A stretch of 63,070 bases of DNA, filler included, from Asterionella formosa (taxonomy: Eukaryota): assembly GCA_002256025.1 (NCBI GenBank). It is 12 parts of 12 records of this genome, joined end to end, with 100 filler letters (N's around TTAATTAATTAA, not from the genome) between each part and the next. Parts side by side here need not be neighbours in the genome. Positions count along the whole stretch, not along the records: positions 1 to 17,425 come from NKIB01004432.1; positions 17,526 to 34,924 come from NKIB01004444.1; 10 more parts are not named here. One strand, 5' to 3'. Position numbers and translations under genes: made by a program. Of the stretch, positions 11,110 to 23,302 are shown in pieces; position 1 is the first letter of the stretch; each line of letters begins with the position of its first letter. The notes beneath the pieces are model-generated. The model saw only the letters and a list, made by a program, of their open reading frames with translations. It made no database searches and had not been told where the DNA came from.

Positions 11110-14100
11110 TTATCTTGTTCCACGGTATGCTCGATTCATTTCTTGTCGGCGTCGGTCATCCATAGCCTGCTGTTGCTTCTTAAGCTGGCGAAACCGTTCC
11201 CTGATCGCCATACAATTTGGAACAGGGCATGTTATTGCCTTGCATTGTCTAGCATGAAGCTGCAGCAGAGCCCAAATGCGCTTACATACATGACAGCCCC
11301 CAGCCGCCTTTATGTTGCATTGTGTACCATGCTTCAGTAACCCCTTCATTTTTGTACAATTGGCTGATGGGCATTTCAGATTGACACATGTGGCAGCGTG
11401 GAGCAACAGCGTCATATGCAATTGAATACTTCGTTGTCGCTCTTTGCGTTGTGCCTCTGTGAGTTCGGCCTGCTGGCTCGATGTAACAGGAATCGGTTTA
11501 AGTGCATGTGGGTGGCGTGGGATGTTAGGGTTGGTGATACAATCATGGCATTGATCATAGTCAGCACAGATAGCACAGTGGTACCGGTACCCTGCCAAGA
11601 TCTCTCTAGAGCATGTCGCGCACTGCTGTACAAACTTGGGAGCATCACGATTATGCAAATGCCACAACACCATCATTGATGTATGCTTGGCACGTCTCAC
11701 TTGATCAAACTGGTAATGATTACCCTGGCAAAGGTTGAGAAAGGCTTGACGGTTGTTCAGGAATTCGCAGTCTAATTCCTCCTTGTCGTCGTCGATAACA
11801 GTGACAATCCGACCCCTACTGTCTTTGACCGTTTCTTTTTTTACGTCCTTCTCATTCGTATCATTTGATTTTTCTTTCTCAGTAGAATTGTTTATTTTTG
11901 AATTGCCGTCGACGTCACGTTTATTTCTTGCTGCCATGGCAGCAAACTTTCCCTCACGGATAACCGCCGTAGTTTGCAAGGATCCATTGATACCAGTTGC
12001 TGATTCGCTACTTGATACTGTACTATCAAGTGCTTTTATCTGTGCACTCTCGATGGAGGCAACAGATACGATTTCGGCAACTGATTTCAGAGGGTCCTCG
12101 GTTACACCGAAAACTGATTCCACGTGTGTGGAGCCAGATTTAATTCCTTTGTCGGTGGCCTCCGTAGCAAAAGGTGATTTGTCGGACTTTTTCTCCAGCT
12201 CTACAATTCCATGCTGTTCGCGGTACTCTTGGATCTCTTTCGGGACTTCCATGTCTTCTGGTTTTGCATGCTCCCAAGCTAGAAAAGCAACAATAAAACT
12301 TAACTTCATTGGTTCAATGGTCTCTCCTAATTTGACCATAACATAATCTCGTCCACCTTCTTCCAAACTTTTCTGGTCAATACCCACTGGCATGATACCA
12401 CTAGCCGCAAGGGCCTCCTCATCAAGACCAGTCGATCGTGTTCCGCCGCGGCCCTTCGTCTTACTTTTTGCCTTGTTGTCGTTCTTTTTCTTTTTCCCGG
12501 TCGCTGCGCTTTTCTTCCCTGTTTTTCCTTCTTCGATGTTTTTGATGATGTTCTCAACTTCAGCAGGAAAGTAGTCGCCATCCATGTAAGGTACAGCAGA
12601 TGCATCGCACTTGTCACCAGAAAAGTATAGATCATACATGTTCGTCAATTTTCCAACGATGCCTCGCCTTTGGCATTCAATAAGCATGTCAATATACCAT
12701 TGTCGCAATCGGTCATCCCTTGGGGTTTTTTGGTCTTCGGGTTTGGCATATAGAATATAGTCGTCGCCCTTTAAAGGAGGACAAGCCCAAATGTGAGCAG
12801 TGGAGAATCCTTTCTGCCTTACATAATCGAGATATGATATAAGAATCTCATGATAGATAAAGGTTCGCATGCTTCGTGGTCTCATGTAGTGCACACTGTC
12901 CAGATACGACACATAAACTGTTCGAGTGTTGGGAGCAGGATTGGTTTCATCGTGCTCGTACACATAAAGACCAAACAAAATGACATCTACACCATCAAGA
13001 TTCTGAAAAACAACGATACATTTGCACCTAAACGAAAATTCCTCAGGGTAGTTCTTGAAAGCGTATCGACGACGCATTCTTTCCCGGACTTCAAGTTTAC
13101 GATCCATGGAAGTGACCTGGCGGATAGTGATTGCACCACCCATTTGCAAACCTTTCTTCGCCTCTTCGAAAGGCATTTTCTAAATTAAAAAAGTGAGCTC
13201 TGATTCAAAAGAAGGGGAAAATGAAATGAATTGACTCACCTCTCTCTCTGCCTTTTCCTTTGCAGCATTCTCAAAATAATGGTCGACCTTTTGACGAACA
13301 TGCTTTTCAAGCCTTTCCGATAACTTTGTCCTTTGAAGATCCTCTGCCATTGGAGTCGTGGAAGTGCCATCTGAGCAACCCTTTTTCTTCCGATCATCTA
13401 TTGTGCAACGTGGACAAATGTACTCCGAGCGCTGGTCCTTGTTCTGACGAGTATTAAAGAGCGCACAGATCTGGTGGATCCACTTCTCGCATTTGTCACA
13501 TTGGACCCAGCTCTCTTCGTGCACCTCGTCATTTTTCTTCTTCGCAAGCTCCTCCTTGCGAATAGAGACATCACCAAGATCCAGTGACTGACCATCCTTG
13601 AGCTCCTGATAACATTGATGACACCAGTGATACTGATTGTTCCCGCCGACATAATAGTAGCTATTCCTCCGAATTCGCTTTGAAGGACAATTCATTCCGT
13701 TGCAGTAAAAAACTGGAGGTTCAAAAAGTAATTTTTCGCAGCCACACAACGAACATGCTTCTCCATTCTTTCGTTTCGCATCTTCTTCCGCTTGAATTTG
13801 CCTGACAAAGACCTCGTAATCGCTTGTAAACTTTGTCTTCATCTCCTTTGCCATATTGTAAACAACGGAACCTTCTGGATTATACAGCATAGCATTGTCG
13901 AACGTCAAATGCACGTGTCCCTCAAACTCTTCCAGGGAATGATAGCACCCATTCTCTAGTTTCTTCCGAATAGTTCCTAAGTCCATCGGTTTCTTGACAA
14001 CCTCGAAATAGTCTGGTAGGCCCAGCTCTACCGGGTCAACCGGTGTGTTGAACACCCACGCGTGTTGGTGTGATTGTACCACCTTGAGGGCGTCCAGACA

Positions 14101-16167
14101 TTTAGCCTTCAGTTTCGGCGGTGCCAGCTGTAGCCCGGTAATCAATGATGCAATATGCGTTTCGATCTGCTCAATCGAAAAACAGTTGATCAACGTGTGG
14201 TCTTCTTGAGGCTTCGGCCCTGTGTGTTTTGGCATGATAACTTGGCCATTCGAGTAAGCAACGCCGGGAGCAGAAGGATGAGGAACTGGAACTCCCGATA
14301 CGCCTTGAGGATATGCGTATCCGGCACTGACAGGCTGACCTGGAACTCCAGTCATAGCGACGTGACCAGATGGCTGAGCCACAGGTCGCTTGATATTGGG
14401 TTGGCTTGGTACCGGAGTAGCAACGGGATTAGGAACTCCTGCGTTGGATTTTCTGCGCTTAACAGCTGGCTCTCCAACTGCTGGTGCCGACGCCATCGGT
14501 GCAGCTGTCGTTGCTGCCGTACTCTGAACAGATTGCTGTGGCATTTCATTCTGTTGAACAGCTTGCTGATGACGTTGCTTCAAAGCTTGCATCTGCTTTT
14601 GTTTTTCGTGGCTCCGATGAATGGCCTCGCGAACTGGTCCGCAAACAGGGCAACGAACATCTTTACATCGATGATAATGACTCAAAACATAGCGAGAACT
14701 GACGCAATGAGGAACAAGACACTTCTGATCCTTGCATTCAGCAATGTGCTTCCAAAGCCGTTTCATGCCTGCACAATGAGGAGTCACTGGACAGTGGCCA
14801 TCGTCGTGTTGACATTTTGCAGCATGGCGCAATAACAAAAGACGTTGTTGCTGGTGTCTCAGCACTTGCTGACGATCTGAAACAGGCCTACTACCACCGG
14901 CAGTTCTTGTCGCGCTCGAAGGAGAACTTACTGACGGAAGGGAATGTACTCCCGGGGCAGGAGCTGGTGCCGGTGGATGTTGCTGGTATTGAGCATGTTG
15001 AATCTGCTGAGGCTGGGTGACTCCTGCAGCACCTGGTTGCACATGCTGTACTCCCATCATTGGATTGATTTCAGACATGTTCACCATTTGTCGCGGCGGA
15101 GCCGAACCTTGATTTTGAAGAGAAGGTGCTTGCTGAATTACTAGAGGTTGCTGAGATAGGGCATGCTGCTGCATTTGTTGCATATTTGGCTGAGGTTGCA
15201 GCGGTTGCCCCTGAGATTGTACCATTTGCTGAGGTTGAGGTTGATACTGTTGTTGCTGTGATTGATACTGCACGTGCTGCCCTTGCTGTTGTTGATGAGG
15301 TTGCATTTGTTGCTGTGGTTGCATTTGTTGCTGTGGTTGCATTTGTTGCTGTGGTTGCATTTGTTGCTGAGGTTGCATTTGTTGCATGTGCTGCTGAGAT
15401 TGCATTTGCTGCTGTTGAAGTTGAGCCTGTTGTTGCAGTTTCTTGCTCTTCATACCAATGTTAACCGCCAGCTGCTGCAAACGTTGCTTGAGTGTACTGG
15501 TGTCGTTATATTCTTGGAACGATTTCGCTGACCGATACAATGATTCCTCTAATCGCTTTGCCATCTGCGGGAGCTTCTTGAGCCATTCTTGGGGAGCATT
15601 GGGTTTCCGTTGCTGTAACAATTGTACACTGCGGAATGTAAAAAAGTGAGCAAGGAACCATTGAAAGAAAATGGAATGACGTCAATTACCAACTTACATT
15701 CTGGCAATCATCTTCCGTCGTTCGTTAACATCGTTGTCACTCTGCCACCCTCCATTCAAACCTTGGTGGGGGAAAAGCTGCTGCGGTGGCCCTTGAGGCT
15801 GCAAAGATTGCTCGCCCTGTCCTTGTGTCTGTTGAACATACTGTAGAGGTTGTTGCTGCTGATGTTGCATCTGCATCAGCTGTTGTTGTTGTTGCTGCTG
15901 CTGCATCCCTTGCTGTTGATGTGCCCCCTGCTGTTGCTGCATTCCTTGATGCTGTTGCACTGATTGCTGATATTGGACTGGCTGATATTGATTCTGTTGC
16001 GACGTTGGATGCGATCCGTTCGTGGGAGCAAGACCTGGTTGCAGGGACACCATGTTATGCGGGGGGGCTCCTATCGGCACACCCTGAGAGGGAGCAGTGA
16101 CCATACCTTGCGGCATCTGGACATTAGGGGCTCCTGCTGGAGCCACTCGAGGTGGCGCACTCTGCAT
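11110..16167 (-). CDS. CBP: CBP/p300-type histone acetyltransferase (KIX-like, Q-rich, TAZ1, bromodomain, RING/PHD, KAT11 HAT, ZZ, TAZ2). Exons 16167-15698, 15628-13240, 13179-11110
   Basis: TAZ ([14 protein letters not shown]), bromodomain ([30 protein letters not shown]), HAT ([26 protein letters not shown]), ZZ and TAZ2. GT-AG introns 15629-15697 and 13180-13239 join the ORFs in frame. Confidence 0.95.
15296..15385 (-). repeat. Coding 18-bp minisatellite (QPQQQM)n inside CBP
   Basis: About five tandem ggttgcatttgttgctgt units. Confidence 0.9.
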
Positions 16168-17082
16168 TCTGCCTGTTCGAGAAAATGAAATTCAAGTTTG
16201 GTCAAACTTTCAATTGACCTGGAATGAAAGCTAGACCCCGATCAATTCAAAAGATTTGTCTCTTTACTCATGAAGTGTAGAAACCAATTTATGGGGCAGG
16301 CCGCACGCTTGCTTGGGATCAGAGGAAGGCTCGTACTCGGAACGCAATCGGGCCTGTTCGTTGCAAGGAGAAAGGTTGTAAGTTAAAAGGGCAACTCGAG
16401 AAACGAAGTGAGACTAGCATGCCGTTTTGAGCTGAATCCAGCAATCTCCTTGATGAATAATTACACAGTTCGGTAAAGCGTATATGCTTTCGAATGTCAG
16501 CATGATAACCTTGTCATTGGCCTCGATGACATTTGGAAACCTTATCCATCATTGTACTGTCAGATCTATACCCTGTATTGAATTGACACCTTGACTAACT
16601 TGACTAAAAACAACAATACTAGTGTCTACCATGGACCTACGGGACCAAACACATCAAGGTTCAACTCTTCAACTGAGCCACCATGGCCAACACCCTTGCA
16701 TCGTATGCCGTACCTTGTGTAATGTAATGTTGTAATAAGGTCAAACAAACCAACGTTTCAACTCGTCGACGCGATGGGAAGAGGTGTCAAATGTACGGCG
16801 AAGAAAGATCACCTTACGTGGAGCTTGGTAATAACTCTACTAAAGTGGAATCGAAGAAGTTCCGCTGTCCAACGAATTATTGCTTCCTGCTTTGGCCACA
16901 GACGGGAACCACGAGAACTCCTCTTTTGTCCTCAAATTATATAACGAGGACCGGAAGATATTGAGGGTCACGTGACAGTTATTTGCGCTAACGCTGCGGA
17001 GCACTCCATCGAACTCGGCCGAAATGCGTTCTTCTTGGACGACGAAGGAAAATTGATGTCAGCCAGGAATAAAATACCGTCG

Positions 17083-17293
17083 TACCTGGTACCATACCCT
17101 GGTACCTGGTACCAGGTACTCCGGAGTACCTGGTACTGGCACCTGGTACCAGGTACCAGGGAGTACAACCTGTGTGATACAAGGGTACCTGGTACCAGTA
17201 CCAGGTATTTAGTGACGGTACTTGGTACCTGGTACCTGGTACCAGTGCTGGTACCAGGTATATGGTTGTCAACGGGTACCTGGTACCAGGCAC
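17083..17293. repeat. Largest palindromic CCTGGTACCAGG/GGTACC cluster, between divergent CBP and RRM genes
   Basis: More than ten GGTACC sites in about 210 bp. Confidence 0.9.
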
Positions 17294-17425
17294 CGGTGTT
17301 TAACGCCTGCTATGTTCCGGTTCCTCTGTGAAGGATGCGGTTAAATGACAAATCAGTGTGATGAACACATGCATACCACTCGGTAAGTAGAAATTCTAGT
17401 TTACTGGACAAACATAAACGGAGTA

Positions 17426-17525
17426 NNNNNNNNNNNNNNNNNNNNNNNNNNNNNNNNNNNNNNNNNNNNTTAATTAATTAANNNNNNNNNNNNNNNNNNN
17501 NNNNNNNNNNNNNNNNNNNNNNNNN
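17426..17525. other. Assembly spacer N-TTAATTAATTAA-N
   Basis: The identical 100-nt spacer recurs about ten more times between 34924 and 45671. Confidence 0.95.
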
Positions 17526-17847
17526 GGTACAGTACTGGTAGGCTCGCTCCATGTTAGTTTCACTTCCAGGTTCTTGGGAGTCGTCCTCGTGCACCACAGT
17601 CCAGCCGCCCCCATGCTGTGGTGGCGATGATGACGGCAGGCCGGCCGGCAGCGTTAGATTTCAAGCTCCACGTGGAGGAGTGTAACAAATGTGCGTCAGC
17701 CAACCACAAATTCTTCTATCGAAAGGTCTCTTTGGAATCATCGATCTAAAAATAACATCAGCATCATTGAGCACATCAACGTTCGCCAAGAAATACCGGT
17801 ACTCTCACACACACACAAAACATTTCCATTCCAACCCAATTTCACTC

Positions 17848-18645
17848 ATGCGCCTCTCATTTTTGCTTGCATTGACGTTGTCGTCCCTGCCATCGCTGAC
17901 GTCCGCCTGGGTCGTCAGTGGCAGCGCCGTTAATCGTCCAGCAGGAGTAGTAGGGCAACGAAGCGCCTCGTCACACAAGTTACACATGGCCCTGAATTAC
18001 AACGACCCTGTCGTCGCTGAAGAATTCGCCAAGGTCCAGCCTCTTGATTTCGATGAAGTGGAAGCTGAACTCCTTCAATCTGGAATTCGAGCTCCTCCGA
18101 CAATGAATGATATGGAACTCAAGCTGATGCTGGTAGAAGTTCGAATGCGCGCTGCTGGAAAAATGCCGGGCCAAAATGTTAAGGCTCCCAAGCCCACCAA
18201 ATTTAATTCCAAGTTCGAAGAAGCTCTCTACACCAAGCCAGCCTTTGAAGCATTTTACAATGGTCTCAAAAGCAAGGGTGATCATAACGCTATGAATGTG
18301 GCTTCTGAATATCTCAATGATCCGGTCTTGGCCACTCAACGGTATGGCAAGGACTATAAGGCAACGATTCGAGAATTGACCAAGGCGATGAACGCTGCAG
18401 CCCCTGTCACCTCGGCCAAGCTGACTTTTTCAGGATTTCCAGCAAATATGGGAGAAGCCGCTTGCAGAATGACTTTGGAAGCTGTGGGTGCTATTGCTGA
18501 CTTTCAGTGTGCCGAGAGTGAAGATCTTCCTGTCTTGACTGGAACTGTCACGTTTGAAGACATTGAAGATGCCAAAAAGGCAGTCAAACAATACAATGGG
18601 ATGGACATGGGGATGGGTACCAAGTTGGAGTTGGCTAGTGTGTAG
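17848..18645 (+). CDS. Probably plastid-targeted protein with C-terminal RRM domain
   Basis: Signal peptide MRLSFLLALTLSSLPSLTSA|W plus Ser/Arg-rich transit region. C-terminus LTFSGFP...GTVTFEDIEDAKKAVKQYNGMDMG resembles RNP2/RNP1. Confidence 0.8.
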   Translation: MRLSFLLALTLSSLPSLTSAWVVSGSAVNRPAGVVGQRSASSHKLHMALNYNDPVVAEEFAKVQPLDFDEVEAELLQSGIRAPPTMNDMELKLMLVEVRMRAAGKMPGQNVKAPKPTKFNSKFEEALYTKPAFEAFYNGLKSKGDHNAMNVASEYLNDPVLATQRYGKDYKATIRELTKAMNAAAPVTSAKLTFSGFPANMGEAACRMTLEAVGAIADFQCAESEDLPVLTGTVTFEDIEDAKKAVKQYNGMDMGMGTKLELASV

Positions 18646-18891
18646 TGCTTCAACGAAAAAGTTAATTTTCCTTCGCGATCATATGGATGGGTTCCTATTA
18701 AATGGCCATGACTTGGAGACACAGAAACACAAAGATGAAAGAAAAAGGATGTTTGAATGCGTGATGCAATCAAAAAACAAGAATATCATGATGGCGCACT
18801 ATAATCTAGGCTAAGAATATACTATTAGGACATGCAAATGTTTGTGAGAAAAAAGTCCACTATTCGTCTTTTATTTGCTTCACGTTCAGAT

Positions 18892-21800
18892 CTAAAGGAT
18901 AACACGTTTCAAGTCGGATGCCAAGGATTTACACAACCCTGCATGGGTAGACTTTATATCCACCTTAACAACTGAATCCTTCACTTTGAATAATACTCGG
19001 ACCTTTTGACCGCTCGATGAATTGGCTGCTAATGTACCAGCCAAGGGGCCAGAAATAGGCTCCACTTCAGCTGCTCTGAAAAAGGACTTTAAAACGGCCA
19101 TGACCTTGGTTGGATTTGTTTCTTTGAGTTCGATTTTGGTAGCACTGGACGTCCAGGAAGCAGACGAAAGGTCTGTCATGACGCCATCCTGCGTCAATCC
19201 TTCGGCTGGGCTCAAATGAAGACTAGCCGGGAGACTCAGTTTAATCGGTACTACGCTGCCGTCGGACATTGACAGAGCCCCTTTGAGTTCCAGTTCACAG
19301 TCCGATTGGTTCAACACAAAGGGTCCCGCCGAGCCCTCTCCAGAATTTCCTGCAGAAATGGATCCAAATACAACAGAATCCGATCGCCCTTTCCAAGAAA
19401 TGGACAAGTTGTCGAGAGTCCTCGGACTAAAATTGTCGGCCCTGAAGGAAAGAGAGGCAGCCGATGCTGACCCGGAGACCTTGTAGTAAACATTTACATT
19501 TGACCAATTTAAAGAGCCCTCCCCTTTTTCTACCTTAAGGACAGCTTGCATCCAAGGTCGCTTTTTTGAGATCGATAATGTTGACTTTTTTGTGGTTTTC
19601 ATACCAATCATTGGGTCTGCAGATGGCAACGATAGAGTAGGTGCAGATAAACCGAGCAAATCGTCAAATGCAGTGCTAATTGCATTGCCATCGGAAGAAC
19701 CAAAGGTAGTCGCAACTGAATTTCCAAGGCTAACAAGGCTAACGAACGTAGATTCAGGTTGCGCAACTGATGTTGTTTCACCAGACATTGTCATGCCGGA
19801 AAAACCGAGCAAGTCACCAACACCACCTCCACTCGACGGTGATTCCTTGGTTCCCTTTTTGCTGGCTTTTTTCTTCTTCTTCGCCTTCGCTTGTTTCTCC
19901 GCTTGGACGTGGGCATTCTGATTGCGTTTCTCCGGCACAACACGGTGCTTTCGTTCCGGCATTTTTTCGTCTTCACCAAGTGGCGTAGTTAAATCAACTG
20001 CTGCAAGTCCAGATGGTGTCCTTTTGGAGGTGTTATTTAGTATTCCAAGGAGATTGTCCCTATCATCATCCTCGTCGTCATCGTCGAACATAACAGACAT
20101 CGGAGTGTTCTTTATTGACGAAACAACAGGAGCAGATGGTCCTGGATTCGAAAAGATGGACATATCAGCCAGTGTTGTGTCTGCACTTTTGCTAGTTTTC
20201 TTTGCCTTCTTCTTCTTTTTCTTCCGTTTCATATCCGTTTCCTCATCACCTTCGTCACCACTGTCCAAAAGTTGGATGGTACCAAATCGATAGGAGCTAT
20301 CGGTGCCAAGGTCATTCGAAGAATCAATGGCTGAAGAATCCAAATAGAAAGGGTCCTGAGAGCTTTTTGTTTGATTGAGTCCACTTGATTCTCCTCCAAT
20401 TTCGAACATACCACTTCGCTGAAAACTAGTCGTGACTGACGCTTGCGTTGTCTGATGGTCGCTTGACCCGGATCCGCCGAAACCTGATACATCCATCATT
20501 GGTTTGGATTCAACTGCAGGTGTGTTCGACATGAGTCGCTGCTGGGTAAAACTCACTTGTTCCAAACCCGGTTTCTGACTTGTTTCTGTCATCATGCTAT
20601 CGAAAATGGATAAGTCGACTGCGGCATCTAGATATTCTTGGGAGAGACCAATGGGCGCATGTCGCTTTTTGACTTGCGCCTTGGCACTTACGGGCTTCAT
20701 GGCTTCGGCTTTGAATAAATAATTGAGAAGAGAGGAAGAAGAACGGCAGCGGGCTCCAAGAGATCCAGGTGTAGTTTTGCTTTTCGGTGACGTTGCTTTG
20801 TCCATGGTCCCCATCCCCAATAAATTGATATCGTCATCAGAATCCTCTTCGTCCATGTGCATAATCGAAGGTGGTCCATCCGAAACTGATGGCATTAACG
20901 ACAAGTTCCGCAATAGTTCATGAGACGTAAATGATCGTTCTTGGACTTCAACATCCAACGACGACATATAAACGGGCAAATTATGAACTAAGGTCTCCAA
21001 GCAAGCAATCAATTCTGTTTCTGACTGTGACTGGCAAGCTGCAGCAAAAACCTTCATCGCATTTTGCAAAAAGACAGCTTGTGTTGTTGTGGGAAGCAGC
21101 TGCGAATTATTCGTCGCAGTCAACGATTTAATCAACGCGTGGTATGTTCCTTTGCTTCCATTGTTTAGACTCTGGTGCTTCTTGGCATCAATTAAATCAG
21201 AGTATTCCCCGACAATCCATGCAATTGCAGGCAAAACTTGCGGGAGAATCTGCTTCTCGTGATCTTTTTCTAACAAAATGGTAACGGACTTCTCGACAGC
21301 GTAGCCTCTTACAGGCAAAACGCGCAGGGCCACGTCGGTTACTTGTTTTTCCAATTTGAGAGCGAGGTCGTCGCCTAATGAGCCCATGTGCGAAAGGTTC
21401 AATAAAACATCTAAATACCATCCAAAGTCGGCCAGCAAATTATATTTGTCACCAGAGCAAAGATCGATGATCTTGATGACCAAATCACGTTGGTAATCTC
21501 CACTTGCCAGGTCCACGTGCTGCAAAAGTTGGCCTACCAATTCCGGTAAATTCTTCCGGCTCGCCATGCCCTTTAATAAATCAAGTGCTCTCGTTCGAAT
21601 TGTGACATCATCGTCGGAAAGGCAAGCAAGAATAAGTGGCCGAGCATCAGATCCTTGAAGCGCTTTTGGCATGCTATCGAGTAAGCTGCAAAATCCAACC
21701 AGACCAAGGTATTTTAAATTTTGATCTGCTTCCTGGACGAATCCTTTCAATGTTGTATGACAAAGTTCAATCACTTGTGGCATATTTGTTGGCATGGTGC

Positions 21801-22659
21801 CATCCGCCTTGCGACAGTACGGTAAACAGAGAGTGATGGTATACACAGCTTCGTACAGCAACGACTTGGCTTGCGTTGATGTGACGATTTTGGAGAGCGG
21901 CTCCAACAATTTACGTGCCAATCGAGGTTCTTCTGGCACCAGACTCCCTAACAACTTCACGACCTTGATGAGCATCCAATTGTTTTGAGAGTTCACCAAT
22001 AGTTGGAAAAAAGCCGGGGCCAGGGGTAAGTAATTTTTTGGATTTTGCTCAGCTAATTCCGTCACAACATTGACTGCACAGCTAACAACGGATGGGTTTG
22101 AATCCTGTAAGGCTTGCTGAATCTTATCAAAGGTAAGTCTGAGTCCCTGCGGATATTTTAGAAAGGTCTTGTACAAGCACAATAGGGCCTTTTTTCGAAT
22201 GTAGGGCTGTTGATGATTAAGCAACGACGTTAGCTCTGGTAGCAAGTCCCGCGCCAGGTCTTCCGTGACAATGTTGGAGATGCAATTAATAGCAAGGCCT
22301 GCTTCGTACATGCCGCCTTCTCCAGAGGCCACTCGCAATTCTTTCTGTAGCAAGTTGGTACACAGCAAAATAACTTCGGTGTCTTGTGTAAACCCTTGCG
22401 ACGCAGATAAATATCCAATGCGTTTGTGCGCAAACCGCGGCGAGGACATGACTTCAATGCTGGCAAAGCTAGCCCAGCTCATGGAATACCCCATGGACTG
22501 CAAAAATGTGAGCTTGTTGAGTGCATTGGCCTTGACGTACAGATCCGTCGAATTGATTTCTTGCTTGATTTCAGCAATGCATTGTGAAATGTAGAGGGCT
22601 GTGTCTCGTTTCGATGCACGAATACCCTTGACAACGTCGGTCAGCGTCTTTTCAAACAT
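18892..22659 (-). CDS. AP3D1: AP-3 complex subunit delta
   Basis: MFEKTLTDVVKGIRA, FASIEVMSSPRFAHKRIGYL, LAEQNPKNYLPLAP, NNWMLIKVVKL. Intronless, 1255 aa. Confidence 0.95.
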   Translation of the reverse strand: MFEKTLTDVVKGIRASKRDTALYISQCIAEIKQEINSTDLYVKANALNKLTFLQSMGYSMSWASFASIEVMSSPRFAHKRIGYLSASQGFTQDTEVILLCTNLLQKELRVASGEGGMYEAGLAINCISNIVTEDLARDLLPELTSLLNHQQPYIRKKALLCLYKTFLKYPQGLRLTFDKIQQALQDSNPSVVSCAVNVVTELAEQNPKNYLPLAPAFFQLLVNSQNNWMLIKVVKLLGSLVPEEPRLARKLLEPLSKIVTSTQAKSLLYEAVYTITLCLPYCRKADGTMPTNMPQVIELCHTTLKGFVQEADQNLKYLGLVGFCSLLDSMPKALQGSDARPLILACLSDDDVTIRTRALDLLKGMASRKNLPELVGQLLQHVDLASGDYQRDLVIKIIDLCSGDKYNLLADFGWYLDVLLNLSHMGSLGDDLALKLEKQVTDVALRVLPVRGYAVEKSVTILLEKDHEKQILPQVLPAIAWIVGEYSDLIDAKKHQSLNNGSKGTYHALIKSLTATNNSQLLPTTTQAVFLQNAMKVFAAACQSQSETELIACLETLVHNLPVYMSSLDVEVQERSFTSHELLRNLSLMPSVSDGPPSIMHMDEEDSDDDINLLGMGTMDKATSPKSKTTPGSLGARCRSSSSLLNYLFKAEAMKPVSAKAQVKKRHAPIGLSQEYLDAAVDLSIFDSMMTETSQKPGLEQVSFTQQRLMSNTPAVESKPMMDVSGFGGSGSSDHQTTQASVTTSFQRSGMFEIGGESSGLNQTKSSQDPFYLDSSAIDSSNDLGTDSSYRFGTIQLLDSGDEGDEETDMKRKKKKKKAKKTSKSADTTLADMSIFSNPGPSAPVVSSIKNTPMSVMFDDDDEDDDRDNLLGILNNTSKRTPSGLAAVDLTTPLGEDEKMPERKHRVVPEKRNQNAHVQAEKQAKAKKKKKASKKGTKESPSSGGGVGDLLGFSGMTMSGETTSVAQPESTFVSLVSLGNSVATTFGSSDGNAISTAFDDLLGLSAPTLSLPSADPMIGMKTTKKSTLSISKKRPWMQAVLKVEKGEGSLNWSNVNVYYKVSGSASAASLSFRADNFSPRTLDNLSISWKGRSDSVVFGSISAGNSGEGSAGPFVLNQSDCELELKGALSMSDGSVVPIKLSLPASLHLSPAEGLTQDGVMTDLSSASWTSSATKIELKETNPTKVMAVLKSFFRAAEVEPISGPLAGTLAANSSSGQKVRVLFKVKDSVVKVDIKSTHAGLCKSLASDLKRVIL

Positions 22660-23302
22660 AATCGAGCTAGGTGCTACGGAGATGGATGGAGGTGTGATCA
22701 GCAGTCAGGGAGATCAGCTGATTGAATTGAATTGAAAGCGAGGAAATCAATGGAGTGCTGAACTGCTTCCATTACAGTGTGCGGGATTCTACCGGTAGTA
22801 CCGGAATCCTGATGCTCATTGAAAGGTTTTCCTTCTGAATGATGCTGTGATAAGGATGAGGATGGCTGAGCGAAGGACGAGGAAGGCAAACTGAAGTTTA
22901 CGTAGATAATGTGCGTATGTACATACCGGTATATGCATACGGGAAATACCGGTAGTGGTGGGCCTGAGATTGTTCGGGGTAATACAGCATGACAATTTCT
23001 ATTTAAGGCTCGCTGGACAACATGTGCAGGCACGCTCAAGCCACATTACATCATGATAGTACTGGTACCAGTAAATATGCGATTGATGACTACCGGTATA
23101 TATTTTGCTTGAAATTAAAACTAAGAATATTGGTACATGATATTTAAAATGCTCTGCTATGTGCATCATGGTAAACTATCCAGTCTGCGTACCGGTCTCT
23201 GAAATTCCTTGAGCAATACTGTACAACCAGCGATATTTAAGGAACAAGTATTACATAATACAATGATGAGAATTCCACATCCATTCACTGATCCCCATCA
23301 TC

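Noticed and set aside
11398..15649. Many antisense ORFs over CBP and other long genes
   Set aside because: Shadow frames of real CDSs.
16968..17331. ORFs rich in YLVPGTRYQV peptides (also ~5482, ~50029, ~62028)
   Set aside because: These are translations of the palindromic GGTACC repeat, which lacks stop codons.
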